The notes: generated by a model from the sequence alone, not told the origin. DNA of 64,000 bases from an uncultured bacterium (GCA_963827235.1 CAWHAE010000009.1:64001-128000); one strand, 5' to 3'. Positions 47,708-58,581 are shown, counted from the stretch's first letter. Program-made: numbers and translations.

Positions 47708-49046
47708 ACTGGATTGCCGCTATGCCCCAAGCTCGTCGCAGTCCAGGAGTATTGACTATGTCTTCACTGATCCGCCATACGCTGGCAAGGAGCAGTATGG
47801 TGAACTCAATTATGTCTGGGAAGCATGGCTTGGTTTGAACACACAATGGCTCGATGAAGAAATCATTGTCAATTCGGTACGTGGCAAGAGTGAAGCCGAC
47901 TGGGCGGCCATGATGCGGCGCGCTATGACCGAGTGTTATCGCGTGCTCAAACCAGGTCACTGGCTCTCGCTGTGCTTTCACGGTACGACCGGCACCTGGA
48001 CAATTGTTCATGATATTATGGCCGAGGCCGGCTTTCTTCCTGACAGCGGCGACAGGGCCCTCTTTATCGACACCGACCAGAAGACATACAACCAGAATAC
48101 TGCCGACAACGTGCCAATGCCCGACCTGGTGATCAACTTTCGCAAGCCGCGTCCAGTGGAGACAGGCGGCTTGGCCATTCTTGGCGACGAGGATCTCACC
48201 ACCTTTGCCGAGAAGGTGCGCGCCGTGATCCGTGGCTATCTGCTCGCCCACCCTGGCGAGACCAAGGATCGTATCTACGACGAGGTTGTCAGCGCGATGG
48301 TGCGTGCCGGTCGCATGGAGGCGCACAACTTCGACGAGTTGCTGACCCAGGTGGCCGACGAGACAATCGAGCTGCAAGGACGTGGTCGGTCGGGCGATGG
48401 TTTGGCCGACGGCCGTGCGCCATATGAGATTCACTGCTGGTATCTGACGGACAGCGAAAGTGATGTCGTGGATGCCGCGGAGACCGCGAAAGAGGACCGG
48501 TCAGCCGCTATGCTTGGCGCCTTCGTCGAAGCGCGGATGCAAGCACAGCCGGATCTGGACGGCGTGCACTACAGCCACCTGTTTGAGAACTACATCCACA
48601 GCGTGAAAGACAAGCCCCGGCGCGAATTGGCCGATTGGCTTGCCGACTATTTCTTCCGCTCCGCGAGCGGTAGCTATCGCCTACCTGAATCCGAAGAAGA
48701 GGAGCAGGCAAAGACCTCCGCGCGAGCAGCGGGCGTCAACCGCCACATCAAGCGCTATCTAGCGTATATCAAGCAGGGCGTGGCGATTCCGGAGCGCGAC
48801 CGGCAGGGCGCGGCGACGCTGGCCGAGTGGGTGCGCAAGTGCAAGCGGACCGGACTCTACGACGAAGGCAAGCTCCTCTACGAGCAGGGAGGGCTTACGC
48901 TTGACGCGTTGAGCGAAGAGCATCAGGTCGAAGTCGAAGAGGACTATGCTACCTGCGTTCGCATGCTGGAACGCACAGGCAGCGTCCAGAAGACGGTACC
49001 AAGAGGCAGGAGAGTGATAACGACGGACGCACCTACCCTATTCTGA
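47708..49046 (+). pseudogene. 5'-truncated N6-adenine DNA methyltransferase
   Basis: SIDYVFTDPPY motif IV within ~20 codons of the upstream stop; ECYRVLKPG; no motif I and no RBS/start. Confidence 0.75.
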
Positions 49047-49168
49047 CAGGTTGTCGTTGGGCTGTCGGAGCGGTAGCAGTACCACCAGCCACTAGTCAGG
49101 GTTTGGGAGATCGACCAGGTTTGACTACAGCGATAGCGGCATCGGTCCGAGCAGATGACTGCTGAATG

Positions 49169-49197
49169 TTGTGAAGTGATAGCGCAGGTGCTATCAT
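49169..49197 (+). promoter_or_regulatory. hicAB promoter overlapped by a palindromic operator
   Basis: TTGTGA 49169-49174, 17 bp, TATCAT 49192-49197; TGATAGC-N6-GCTATCA 49177-49196. Confidence 0.7.
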
Positions 49198-49218
49198 ATG
49201 AGTGTCATCGGTACTACT

Positions 49219-49458
49219 ATGTCGCGGATTGAGAAGCTTATCGCGCTGATCAGGAAGCGTCCGGTGGAGGCGGAGTTCGATGATGTCGCGACTGTGCTGG
49301 AGCATTTCGGCTGGAAAGCCGCTCGGACCAAGGGAAGCCACGTCTCGTTTACCAAGGCAGGGGAAGCGCCGATCGTGATCCCGAAGAAGCACGGGAGGAA
49401 GGTCAAGCGCGTCTACCTTGACGACCTATCTGGCCGCCTTGGTCTGGATGACGACTGA
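49219..49458 (+). CDS. hicA: HicA family toxin (mRNA interferase)
   Basis: LEHFGW..RTKGSHVSF..IVIPK; catalytic GSH His. Confidence 0.88.
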   Translation: MSRIEKLIALIRKRPVEAEFDDVATVLEHFGWKAARTKGSHVSFTKAGEAPIVIPKKHGRKVKRVYLDDLSGRLGLDDD

Positions 49459-49507
49459 CGTCGAGCCGCAGTCTCACACGTATTAAGAGATCACGTTGGG
49501 GTGACAC

Positions 49508-50032
49508 ATGACTTCTGCACCACGCAAGACTCTGGAAGAGTACCTTGCCCTCGAGTATCCGTTTGAAGTGAAAGTCGATCCGGAAGGCGGCTACGCCGTT
49601 CTGTTTCCGGATCTACCCGGCTGCTACACCGAGGCTGACACGCTCGAGGAGCTGCCGGCGACGGTGGCTGAGGCGCGCGAACTCTGGCTGGAGACCGCAT
49701 TCGAGCAGGGCGTCGACATCCCGCTGCCCTCCGTGCCGGAAGAGTGCAGTGGGAAGATTCTGCTGCGCGTGCCGAAGTCTCTTCACCGACGGCTGCTCGA
49801 TCAAGCCGCGCGGGAAGGTGTGAGCTTGAATCACTATACGAGCAACGTGCTGGCGCGCGGTGACACACAGCTAGCAGTTGAGCGCAGACTCGACTCAATT
49901 GACCTCCGGCTAGATATGCTGGCCGAACGACTACAGCGCTATGCAGTGGAGGTACGGCGTCCGCGCGGCGAGTCCACGCTCAAAGTGATCTATGGTAGTG
50001 CCAAGCCGGGCGAGTATGCGAAGGCAATATGA
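49508..50032 (+). CDS. hicB: HicB family antitoxin with RHH domain and C-terminal extension
   Basis: GGYAVLFPDLPGCYTEADTLEE..IPLP; SGKILLRVPKSLHRRL..EGVSLN; ~55 aa extra tail. Confidence 0.9.
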   Translation: MTSAPRKTLEEYLALEYPFEVKVDPEGGYAVLFPDLPGCYTEADTLEELPATVAEARELWLETAFEQGVDIPLPSVPEECSGKILLRVPKSLHRRLLDQAAREGVSLNHYTSNVLARGDTQLAVERRLDSIDLRLDMLAERLQRYAVEVRRPRGESTLKVIYGSAKPGEYAKAI

Positions 50033-50568
50033 GCAGCACGAACGAAGAGGACGTGCCATCGTCGGTGAGCCCGAGCGAGTACGGAAAGTTCATCGGGCAG
50101 ATCGAACTGCTTTCTATCTGGTTAGCACGCGCCGAGGTCGAGAATAGAGCCGGGCCAGAACCACCGGCAAGAGGAAAGTTCAGCATAGAAGACGACTCCA
50201 CCTGGGCGCCGCAGCCAGGCGTTGGCTTCGTGGTGAACGATCGCTACACCGTGGAACTGCATGGCGAGACGAGCCTGGCGATGAGCGTTAAGGCGGAATA
50301 TGCGGTGCTCTATCGATCGTCGACTCCTCTCACAGACGAGTTGTTCCAGGTTTTCAAGCGCGTGAATCTGCCTCTCAACGTCTGGCCCTACCTGCGCGAA
50401 TACGTGTCCAGCACGATGGGACGCTTCGGCTGGCCGCCGTTCACTCTGCCCGCGTTCAAGGTGAACACCCCGCGCGACAATCAGGATGGGTCGGCGGAGC
50501 CAGCGAAGAAAGGGCGACGCGCTGTGGGCAAGACTCGCGTCTTGACCGAGCCAGTCAGCCGTGAGTAA
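50029..50568 (+). CDS. SecB-like chaperone
   Basis: FKRVNLPLNVWPYLREYVSSTMGRFGWPPFTLP SecB signature; ATGA overlap with hicB. Confidence 0.8.
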   Translation: MSSTNEEDVPSSVSPSEYGKFIGQIELLSIWLARAEVENRAGPEPPARGKFSIEDDSTWAPQPGVGFVVNDRYTVELHGETSLAMSVKAEYAVLYRSSTPLTDELFQVFKRVNLPLNVWPYLREYVSSTMGRFGWPPFTLPAFKVNTPRDNQDGSAEPAKKGRRAVGKTRVLTEPVSRE

Positions 50569-50616
50569 GCAAGCTGGCAGGGTTGTCGCGCAATTGGGAG
50601 CAGCACGAACCTCCAA

Positions 50617-52637
50617 GTGCGCTCGGTGTTTCGCGGCAAGGTGGTGAACAAGGCTCACACCATCAACACCGGTGTCGACGAGTTCCCACGTTACGTGGTG
50701 GAATACCTGATCGACAACTACTGCTCCGAGGACACGTTCCAGCAGGACATGGAAAAGGTGGTGCGGCGCCTGAAGGATGCCTTCGTCTACGGCGCCGAGG
50801 CGGAGAAGATCCGCCATTACATCCGCGAGTCGCGGCGCCACTCGGTAATCGCCAGTCTAGAGGCTCGCTTGGTCGAGACTGAAGACAAGTACTGGGGCAC
50901 TATCTCGGCGATCAACGAGGATTTCGTGAACATCCCGGAAGCGATTGTACGCCAGTACCCGATGTTGCTGTCCGGCGGGATGTGGGGCACGATCGAGCTG
51001 ACCTACGACGAAACCGAAATCTACAGTGGACGAATCCGGCCGTTCAAGGTGCTGACTTTCACCCAGTTCCAAGTCAGCGTGATAAACCTGGACGAGTACA
51101 TCGATAAGCGGAAGGAGTTCAGCGCTGACGCATGGACTGATCTGATGATCAACTCGTGCGGATTGAACCCTGCGGTGATGACGCGAAGGCAGAAGTTGCT
51201 GTACCTGTGCCGGTGCATTCCGCTTGTCGAGCAGAACTGCAACATGATCGAGTTGGCGCCGCGTGAGACCGGGAAGACATACCTGTACCGGAACATCTCA
51301 TACTACGCGCACGTGCTGTCCGGCGGCAAGGCCACGCCGGCGCAGCTCTTCGTCAACCTGAACACGGGCAAAATTGGCGAAGTGGGCACGCGCGACGCCG
51401 TGGTGTTCGACGAGATCGCCAATACAGATTTCACGGACCCCGAGGCGTTCGTCAGCATCATGCAGGGCTACATGCAGGATGCGAAGTTTAGCCGGGGCAA
51501 GAAGGAGCTGCTGGCGTTTGCCAGCCTGGTCTTCGTCGGCAACATCGACGTACAGGGTAGCCAGCCGCATGAGAAGTACTACCATCTGTTCGAGCCCCTA
51601 CCCGACTTCATGCAGGTGATCGCCTTTCTGGACCGCATCCACTCGTACCTGCCGGACTGGGAACTGCCGAAACTCTCGCCGAACAGCTATGCTAGGGATT
51701 ACGGCTTCATCGCGGACTACTTCTGCGAGATCATGCACGAGCTGCGACGTACGGATCTGGTGCAAAGCGTGCACCGCCGCTTCGAGCTGCTGGACACGGC
51801 GAAGACATCCCAGGGCGTCTCCGGTCGCGACCAGCGCGCGGTGCTCAAGAGCGTATCGGGCCTGCTCAAGCTGCTCTATCCGGACGGTCACATAGAGGAT
51901 GACGCGCTGGAGGAAGTCCTGCTCCTGGCGTGCGAGCTGCGCCAGCGCGTACGGGATCAACTCCATCTGATCGCACCGGGAGAATACGATCGCGTCAAGC
52001 TTGGCGTACGCATGACAGCCACAGATAGGGAGATTGCGCCTACCGTGCCGGAGAGCGGTCGTGTGCAGCGTGTCACGGCCCGCGAGTATCCGGCAGTGGG
52101 CGAGGTGACTGGCCTTGCCGTCAGCGGAGACCATGGGACGCTGCTATCGTTTGAGATGCAGGCACTAAAAGGCAAGGGGCGCATCACCGCGCTCGGCTCG
52201 ATGCAGCGAGTGATGAAGGAGAGCGTTGAAGCAGCGGTACAGTACATCCGCGGACATGCCAAGGATCTTGGAATCAACCCAACCTGGCGCGACAACTATG
52301 ACGTCGCCGTCCTGGCCACATTCATGGGTTGGCCAAAAGAAGGGCCTTCTGCCGGGGTGACGATCGCCACAGGCATCGTCTCGGCATTGACAGGCAGGAA
52401 GGTGCGCGCCGACCTGGCCATGACCGGTGAGATAACGATCATTGGGAAAGGTGTTGCCGGTCGGCGGGATCCAGCAGAAAGTGCGCGCTGCATTTGACGC
52501 CAAGATCAAAGAGGTCCTGCTACCGGCACAAAAAACTCGCCGACGCCCAGCTATTGCCGTCCTACATTCTGGAGGCGGTCACGTTGACCCCAGTGACGAC
52601 GGTAGAGGAGGTACTGCAGAGCGCACTGCTTGATTGA
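50617..52637 (+). CDS. brxL: BrxL-like AAA+/Lon protease with two frameshifts near the 3' end
   Basis: [50 protein letters not shown]; [12 protein letters not shown] and [12 protein letters not shown] continue in shifted frames (~52447, ~52530). Confidence 0.8.
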
Positions 52638-52655
52638 TCGCGGTTTGGCGCCAAG

Positions 52656-52952
52656 CTAGTGCCTACGCACTCTCGCACCTGACTCCGGTTGGTCACGTAC
52701 TGCCCACCTGACAGAATCACGGCGAGCACGACCGGTTCCTGGCTCGAAGAGTCGCTGCACAGGTACGTCCGGGTTATCGCGCACGGCTACGTAAAGCTGG
52801 GCCGACATCGTACTTCGCGGCGTTTTCCCGGCCGGCGAGATAAGCCCTCTACGTAATGCTTCGTCGGTAATCTCAGCAGCCGTGAGTGGCTTGGCGGCAT
52901 CACGCAAGACCTGCACGGCGGCTGACAAATAGCTGCTTGTGGCACCCATCAT
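52656..52952 (-). CDS. Stand-alone HARE-HTH (HB1/ASXL/restriction endonuclease wHTH) protein
   Basis: AAVQVLRDAAKPLTAAEI..ALRRGLI..GKTPRSTMSAQLY. Confidence 0.8.
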   Translation of the reverse strand: MMGATSSYLSAAVQVLRDAAKPLTAAEITDEALRRGLISPAGKTPRSTMSAQLYVAVRDNPDVPVQRLFEPGTGRARRDSVRWAVRDQPESGARVRRH

Positions 52953-53106
52953 ATCACCCCCGAAACTATATTAACTCACTCGGCCTACGGGCTTGCGAAC
53001 TGTCGCCTATCAGCACAATGATGAGCGCGGACGATTGCCATTTTACAACCCGGGGGGTGCGCCCGGCGTCATCATGATCATGCGGGGAAGAGGAACGAGG
53101 TAGAGC

Positions 53107-53643
53107 ATGACACGTGTCTCAATGCGCGACCGGTACGTTCGCGCAGTAGCCAAGTATATCGTCGACCACTACAACAGCCAGCCCCTTCCGAGCATCGAGC
53201 AGCTCATCGAAATCAACGGCAGCACCGGGTTCCCCGTGGCCATCGAGGTACGGAGTGCCATGAACGTCACTAGCGTGGCACTGCAGGACGATGAATTGGA
53301 AGCCGCACACAGGCTCGCCAAGAACGCGATCGTGGAGCAGGTGCCTCACTTCCCCATCGAGCAGGCACGTATCCTGGCTCAGGTGGTCAAGGTGTGGCGG
53401 CCGAGTACCAACGACATCCAGCGCGCCAAGCTGATCAGTCGCGTAAAGCAGTGGCTCGCCGACGCCAAGCTTGAAGGCAATCACGATAGCCTGCTTCAAC
53501 GACTCACCACGCTCACCCCGAAAGAATCATCAGCGCTCATCAACGCGCTTCTGCGCGCCAGCCGTGGCACACTCACGGACCAGGCTCTCCAGGCAAGCGG
53601 CATACTCCTTCTCCCTGTCAATAGACGCCCAGGCTCCCGCTAG
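53107..53643 (+). CDS. Hypothetical protein
   Basis: GAGGT RBS, protein-like composition, no recognised motif. Confidence 0.55.
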   Translation: MTRVSMRDRYVRAVAKYIVDHYNSQPLPSIEQLIEINGSTGFPVAIEVRSAMNVTSVALQDDELEAAHRLAKNAIVEQVPHFPIEQARILAQVVKVWRPSTNDIQRAKLISRVKQWLADAKLEGNHDSLLQRLTTLTPKESSALINALLRASRGTLTDQALQASGILLLPVNRRPGSR

Positions 53644-54413
53644 TCTTGTGCCTTCGGGCTCGCACCGCGGGCTGTCCGGGCAAGGTCGCGGCAGCGGTCG
53701 GCTGCAAACCTCTATTGCCGGTTGGAGGTCCGCGATGCAAGACATTGCGAGCGATGACGGGTTGCGTCGCCTGTCGTCTGCAGGTGACGGCTACATCTAC
53801 AGGGCAGTCGGCGAAGCCACTTACGACGCGACGGCCCGACAAGTACTTCGCCGCCGACCTGGAGACGGCGGAACGCTGGCTCCTGGCCCACAGGCGAGGC
53901 AACCGGAAGCGGTGCGGAACCTGCGCGCCGTAGCTGCAGGCAGAGAGTCCGGCGCCGCACCCGGGCGAAGGCGAGCGGACTGCCCTGAACGTCGATCCGC
54001 AGGCACCCTCGAGGGCGTTGGCAAAGCGGCTCGACGCCCTGTTTGTAGAACACAGGACGATGAACGGGCAGCGGCACGGATCACGCTACGGCTCACGTCG
54101 CGGACGAACGGACTGCCGCTCTATCCTGTGCGGCTTCGACTGCCATGCCAGAATCCAGTCTTTGGACGTCGGCCACGCATTTGACAGGCTTCGGTCTTGC
54201 TGGAACGCTGGCGCCCCATCTGAAGAACTGGCATGCCAAGTCCCAGCCGAACCAGGTGTGTCTGAAGTCACCCGTCGATGGCCCTCAGGCGAGCTTCGGC
54301 CGGCCGATATTCTACAACACGCAGCCTGCATTTGCTGGACAGGTGCTGCTCCAAGGGCTGGCTCACAGCAGTTGTGCAAGTAAGCCAACGGGCTCGAGGA
54401 AAGGAGCGACGCG

Positions 54414-55439
54414 GTGACTCAACAGGTGACGGTGCGGGAACGCCTCGCAACATGGCTCGGAAGCCAGTCGAGGAGTCTAGCCAGCTTTTCGGAACCGGTG
54501 TTGTACGCTTATCTGGCTGAACAGATCGGGGCTCAGCCTGAGGAAGTTCGTGCGGCCGTCTGTACGGAAGGCCCTCCAGTCTACGCCCTGTTCGAGCATC
54601 TCTGGCAAGGACGATGGTCGCCGAGCAAGCCGTTCGCACTCTACGGGTATGACTCAAACCATTGCGTGCTCGATTGGGAGATCTCTCTCGTCGCTGGTTT
54701 TGCCCAATGGTTGACAGCGCAGGGCTACGTCGCCGTGCGCGAGTTCGGCGGCTCCGTACATACTCAGCATCTTGCGCTTGGCGGCACTCTCCACGGTCTC
54801 CAGGCCGGCACGAATCAGCGGGACCTCGCCGCGCACAAGGATACGCGCGACCCACAAGATCTCTGGCTTTTCGAGGCCAAGGGGAAGGTTGCAGGTGGGT
54901 TTGACATTTACGAGTCCGCGGAGGCGCTTGGGCAGATCTTCATGTATCCCGATGCACTGCTAAGCGGGCTGCTCGGCAGCAAGAGTTCGCGTGTAGGTGG
55001 ACACCTGTGGAACATCGTCGACCAACTTGGCGATGGTTGGATTGCGGGCGGACGACGCACTCACCTTGCTGCGGTCGTCCCAGCATTCTCGCCAACGCCG
55101 GTCTGGCAGGGTGGTGGTAAGGTCACGATGCAGCCACGGCCGTACTATGAGCGCCCCGTGCAGCGTGTGCTGGACTTCGTTCAGAATCGGAATGCTCTCG
55201 TCTCGCGGGCCGTCTTTAAGCAGGACGTGTTGTTCGCTGAGGTTCTCGGTGCAATTGAGACGCGGTATGGGCTGAGCGACCTCGTGGCAGGCAATGGTCC
55301 TGTAACCTTCCACATCGTGGAACTCTCCACGACGCCCTCTGGCGAGTTGAGGGTATACGATCGGACCAGGGAAAGTCTGTGGGTGCCCGCGCTCGCAAAC
55401 GCCGCAAACGCCCGTGCCGGGCCTTGCTATCGCACCTAA
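54414..55439 (+). CDS. Hypothetical protein with PD-(D/E)XK nuclease-like motif
   Basis: AAGGAG RBS; E..L..WL..GY.AVRE..RDLAA..LWLFEAKG..ALGQI. Confidence 0.55.
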   Translation: MTQQVTVRERLATWLGSQSRSLASFSEPVLYAYLAEQIGAQPEEVRAAVCTEGPPVYALFEHLWQGRWSPSKPFALYGYDSNHCVLDWEISLVAGFAQWLTAQGYVAVREFGGSVHTQHLALGGTLHGLQAGTNQRDLAAHKDTRDPQDLWLFEAKGKVAGGFDIYESAEALGQIFMYPDALLSGLLGSKSSRVGGHLWNIVDQLGDGWIAGGRRTHLAAVVPAFSPTPVWQGGGKVTMQPRPYYERPVQRVLDFVQNRNALVSRAVFKQDVLFAEVLGAIETRYGLSDLVAGNGPVTFHIVELSTTPSGELRVYDRTRESLWVPALANAANARAGPCYRT

Positions 55440-55537
55440 TAGCCCGTTAGCTGCGACAGCACGGTACGGCCTGCTAGCACAGGAGCAGAGCCGATCCCAA
55501 GGCCTTTGCCTTGTGCAGGTGCCAAGAACCCGATCCA

Positions 55538-56241
55538 TGTGTATCCTGAGGGCGGGCACGTGGCTGTTCGCCGAGGCTGTTCCATGGGACGGCTCACGTC
55601 GTTTCTGTACCACATGTGCGACAGAGAAAGACCCAAACGTGGCCGAGCATCGACGTCCAGGGGTTCGTGTCCTACTGCTCTGGGATTGGGAGCTGCTCCT
55701 GCGTTGGGTGTTATCGAGTGTTGCCGGCAGCCTCGCCATGATGCTTGTGTTCTTGCTTTGGGGCGACCGCACCGTTGATGGCCTCGAGATGTGGCTTGGA
55801 TTCTTAACACCTGCTCTCGTTGCCGCAGTATGGCAGTGGCTGGAAATCTGCCGACGTCTCGCCGTCAGCGCTTGGGGCCTATTCCCGTGGCTGGTCGGGG
55901 CCACCATTAGTGGGCTGGCCGTGCTCGGACTCCTGGACTTCACTGGCACCACAGAAGACTACGCAAGGCTCGCAGTATTTGCGGCCATGTTCGGAGCAAC
56001 AGGCGGATTCTTCCAAGGGCTGTGCCTGCGGCGGCAAGCGCAGTGGGCAGATTTGTGGGGACTCATAAATGGAGTTACCTGCGGATTCGGGTGGCCGGCA
56101 GGCGTGTATGCTGGTTCGGCCTTGTTCGGCCACAACGGCACGGTTGTCGGATGGGTAGGCTACGGCACCGCGACAGGGCTCATTCTTGCGTGCCTATTCC
56201 GTGGATGGCAACAGCGCGGCCCACGGATTCGACAAGAGTAG
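55538..56241 (+). CDS. Hypothetical membrane protein (start uncertain)
   Basis: Several hydrophobic Gly/Trp-rich segments (QWLE..R, QGLCLRR..W). Confidence 0.45.
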
Positions 56242-56387
56242 TCGCTCGATCGTCACTGACGCCGACTTCTGAATCCACTGACACTGACTTCTGCATATTG
56301 TCGTTGACTTCTGAAAATGACAACAAACGTATTCAGTCCGTGCCAGATCAATCCGGCAGAAACATGTTCGAATCCTGGAGGTCTGTC

Positions 56388-56652
56388 TATGATCGTCGTC
56401 AACCTGTCACGGACCTGGCCAGCCGTGCTTGCCGGCAAGATCGACGCCGCTGCCCCCACGCTCGTTAGATGGGCACAGATCAAGGATGCCGACCTGGAGA
56501 CACAAGCCGACGTGATCCTCGGCATATACAAGAATCAAGTGGTCACTGCCTTCGATATCGAGGGTTGGACGCGAGGCGAAGACACGCGCGTCACATTCAT
56601 TGGACCTCGACTGCATAGCGGCAGCACTCCATCCTCTTCCGCAGGGAGATAG
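56388..56652 (+). pseudogene. Truncated hypothetical gene
   Basis: GGAGG RBS + ATG; protein-like to ..RVTFIG, then runs into an unrelated fragment. Confidence 0.4.
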
Positions 56653-57229
56653 GCTGTATCTGGCGATGGCGGTCGACGTCCAGACGCCGGAGCACCTGCA
56701 CACGCACCACGACCTCGACAACTATCTCTATCCGGTGGTCAGGCGACTGGGCTGCCCGCGATTCGTCCTCGTCCGCGGCGAGAAGCGCGTTGGCGGCGGC
56801 TCATACCTCAGTATTGGCCTTGCCTTACCCGCGCCCGATCCTGGCACCGCTGAAGGCTGGACCTGCTTCCGTCACATGGCCGGGAGCGGGGCGGAAGGGA
56901 AACGCTGGAAAGCCGGGCTGTGGAGCGCGCTGCACGCGGCGCGACCAACCGCATTGCCGCCCGGCGGAGCCGAGGTTCGCCTCGCCTGGCGCTGCTCGAA
57001 GGGACGTGACTGGTACCAGCGGCGCAACTGGGCTGCCCCGTGGAAGCCGGCCATCGACGCGATGGGCCCGGCGCTGCGTCCAGCGGCGGCACAGGATCCA
57101 ACCGACGACAAGCGCTTTCAACCCGGCGACGGCCGCATCGTCTCGCTGGAGCTGCACCTGGTGGAAGACCCGTCGATGGCGTTCGACGTCGAGGTCGGCA
57201 TGTGGTGGCGAGCGGCAGCGCGGAGTTGA
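56600..57229 (+). pseudogene. 5'-truncated protein with RusA-like motifs
   Basis: HDLDNYLYP and WKPAIDAMGP..DGRIVSL resemble RusA D-x-D-N / DAL..DD.I motifs; no RBS. Confidence 0.35.
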
Positions 57230-57289
57230 CAAATGCCTCCGGACAAGAGTCGCGGTATCCGGCGCACCATCCGGCCGCGGCCGGTCCCG

Positions 57290-57690
57290 CCCCTGCCGCA
57301 ATCGCAGGCCACTGTCCTCGCCACACCCGGGACCGCAGTCCCGCACCTGCTGCCATGCGCCCGCAGTCGCAGGCCACTGCCATGAGCGATCGCAACCGCA
57401 GGCCACCGTGCCCCGCCACACCCGGGACCGCAGTCCCGCACCTGCTGCCATGCGCCCGCAGTCGCAGGCCACTGCCATGAGCGATCGCAACCGCAGGCCA
57501 CCGTGCCCCGCCACACCCGGGACCGCAGTCCCGCACCTGCTGCCATGCGCCCGCAGTCGCAGGCCACCGTCCCCGCCACACCCGGGACCGCAGTCCCCCA
57601 CCTGCTGCCATGCGATCGCAATCGCAGGCCACTGCCATGCGCCCGCAGTCGCAGGCCGCTGCCATCTTGCCGCGGCTGGAGGCTCCTCGT
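57290..57690 (+). repeat. Tandem array of hairpin modules (BIME-like), periods 95, 95 and 65 bp
   Basis: CCCGGGACCGCAGTCCC at 57326, 57421, 57516, 57581 with near-identical intervening sequence. Confidence 0.9.
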
Positions 57691-57849
57691 CCGCCGTGCC
57701 GCGGATTCAGATGGGAAGCCTTTGGTAGATCGACTGCAGAGCATGTTTCCGTGGGCATTGCCGGGTTGCATGCGGCGATACGCCGGGCGGCTGGACTGAC
57801 GGCTCCGGCTGACGCGAGCGCGCCGGTACCATCGACAGAGAGTCCTGTC

Positions 57850-57985
57850 CCCCGGCGCGGACGGCATGGCAGTCGTCTACCTGGCCCGCGACCTCATCCT
57901 GGACCGGCTTGCGGCGTTGAAGATCCTGCCGCTGTTCGCACCGGGCGTTGAAGCGCGGGAGAGATTTCGGCGCCAGGCCATCGTG
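57850..57985 (+). pseudogene. N-terminal fragment of a Hanks-type Ser/Thr kinase
   Basis: G.DGMAVVYLARDLILDRLAALKIL..ARERFRRQA (subdomains I-III), then lost. Confidence 0.7.
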
Positions 57986-58104
57986 TTTTTCATCCGAAGC
58001 GCTTGCTGCCAGAATCACACTGATCGGCGATCAAATCACAGCGCGGCGCCGCATCGAGACAAGGCCGGTTATTGGCGGCCACCGGCAGCCTCGGCCGTTG
58101 GAGC

Positions 58105-58350
58105 GAAGCCTCTGTGACCACTCTGCCATCGCCAGTCGCCACGGCCGCCACGACCCAACCCGCCCGGTCGAGCGTCCACTGCTCCGGCAGGTGGAGACCC
58201 TGCTTCCGTGGGGACGTCGGCGCGTAACCCTTCCGCGTCGCGTCCGCGCCGAAGAATCCGGCAACTTTGGACCCATCGGTGAAGGCGACGATGACCCACG
58301 CGGCGTCCGGTATGTGTTGGCTGAAGAGCCAGTCCCACATACTCGGAGGA
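58105..58350 (-). pseudogene. C-terminal fragment of a DUF6338-like protein
   Basis: PSMWDWLF..WVIVAFTDGSKVAGFFG..L.L.EQW.LD..G pattern. Confidence 0.45.
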
Positions 58351-58543
58351 CACAATAAACTATGGTGCGGCCTGGTACCGCGTTCTCCGGTCGTCGTACT
58401 CGGCGGCAGTTCGGCGCCGGTAGCATCGATGTCTTCCTTGACATCCTGCCCGTTCGTGCTAGACTTCGTTAGGAGATAGAACATATGTTCGTCTTTCCGG
58501 CACTCCGTCGCGCAGCCTGAGCCGGGTCCTCCCGCGCGACCCG

Positions 58544-58581
58544 AATGCTTGCAAATGGTTGCAAATGCTTGCAAATGCTTG
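58544..58581 (+). repeat. 10-bp tandem repeat (AATGCTTGCA, about 4 copies)
   Basis: AATGCTTGCA AATGGTTGCA AATGCTTGCA AATGCTTG. Confidence 0.85.

Noticed and set aside
50596-50619. Third ACG start candidate (brxL, ACG 50605 after GGGAG)
   Set aside because: SD spacing is only 4 nt and an in-frame GTG lies four codons later; too ambiguous
53644-54400. Overlapping short ORFs in the island
   Set aside because: Protein-like patches switch frames and match nothing I recognise; likely debris
57290-57690. Possible CRISPR array
   Set aside because: Intervening sequences are near-identical rather than unique spacers, periods are irregular, and no cas genes are present
56790-57867. Repetitive 250-316 aa ORFs over the tandem array
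   Set aside because: Produced by translating the DNA repeat in several frames on both strands
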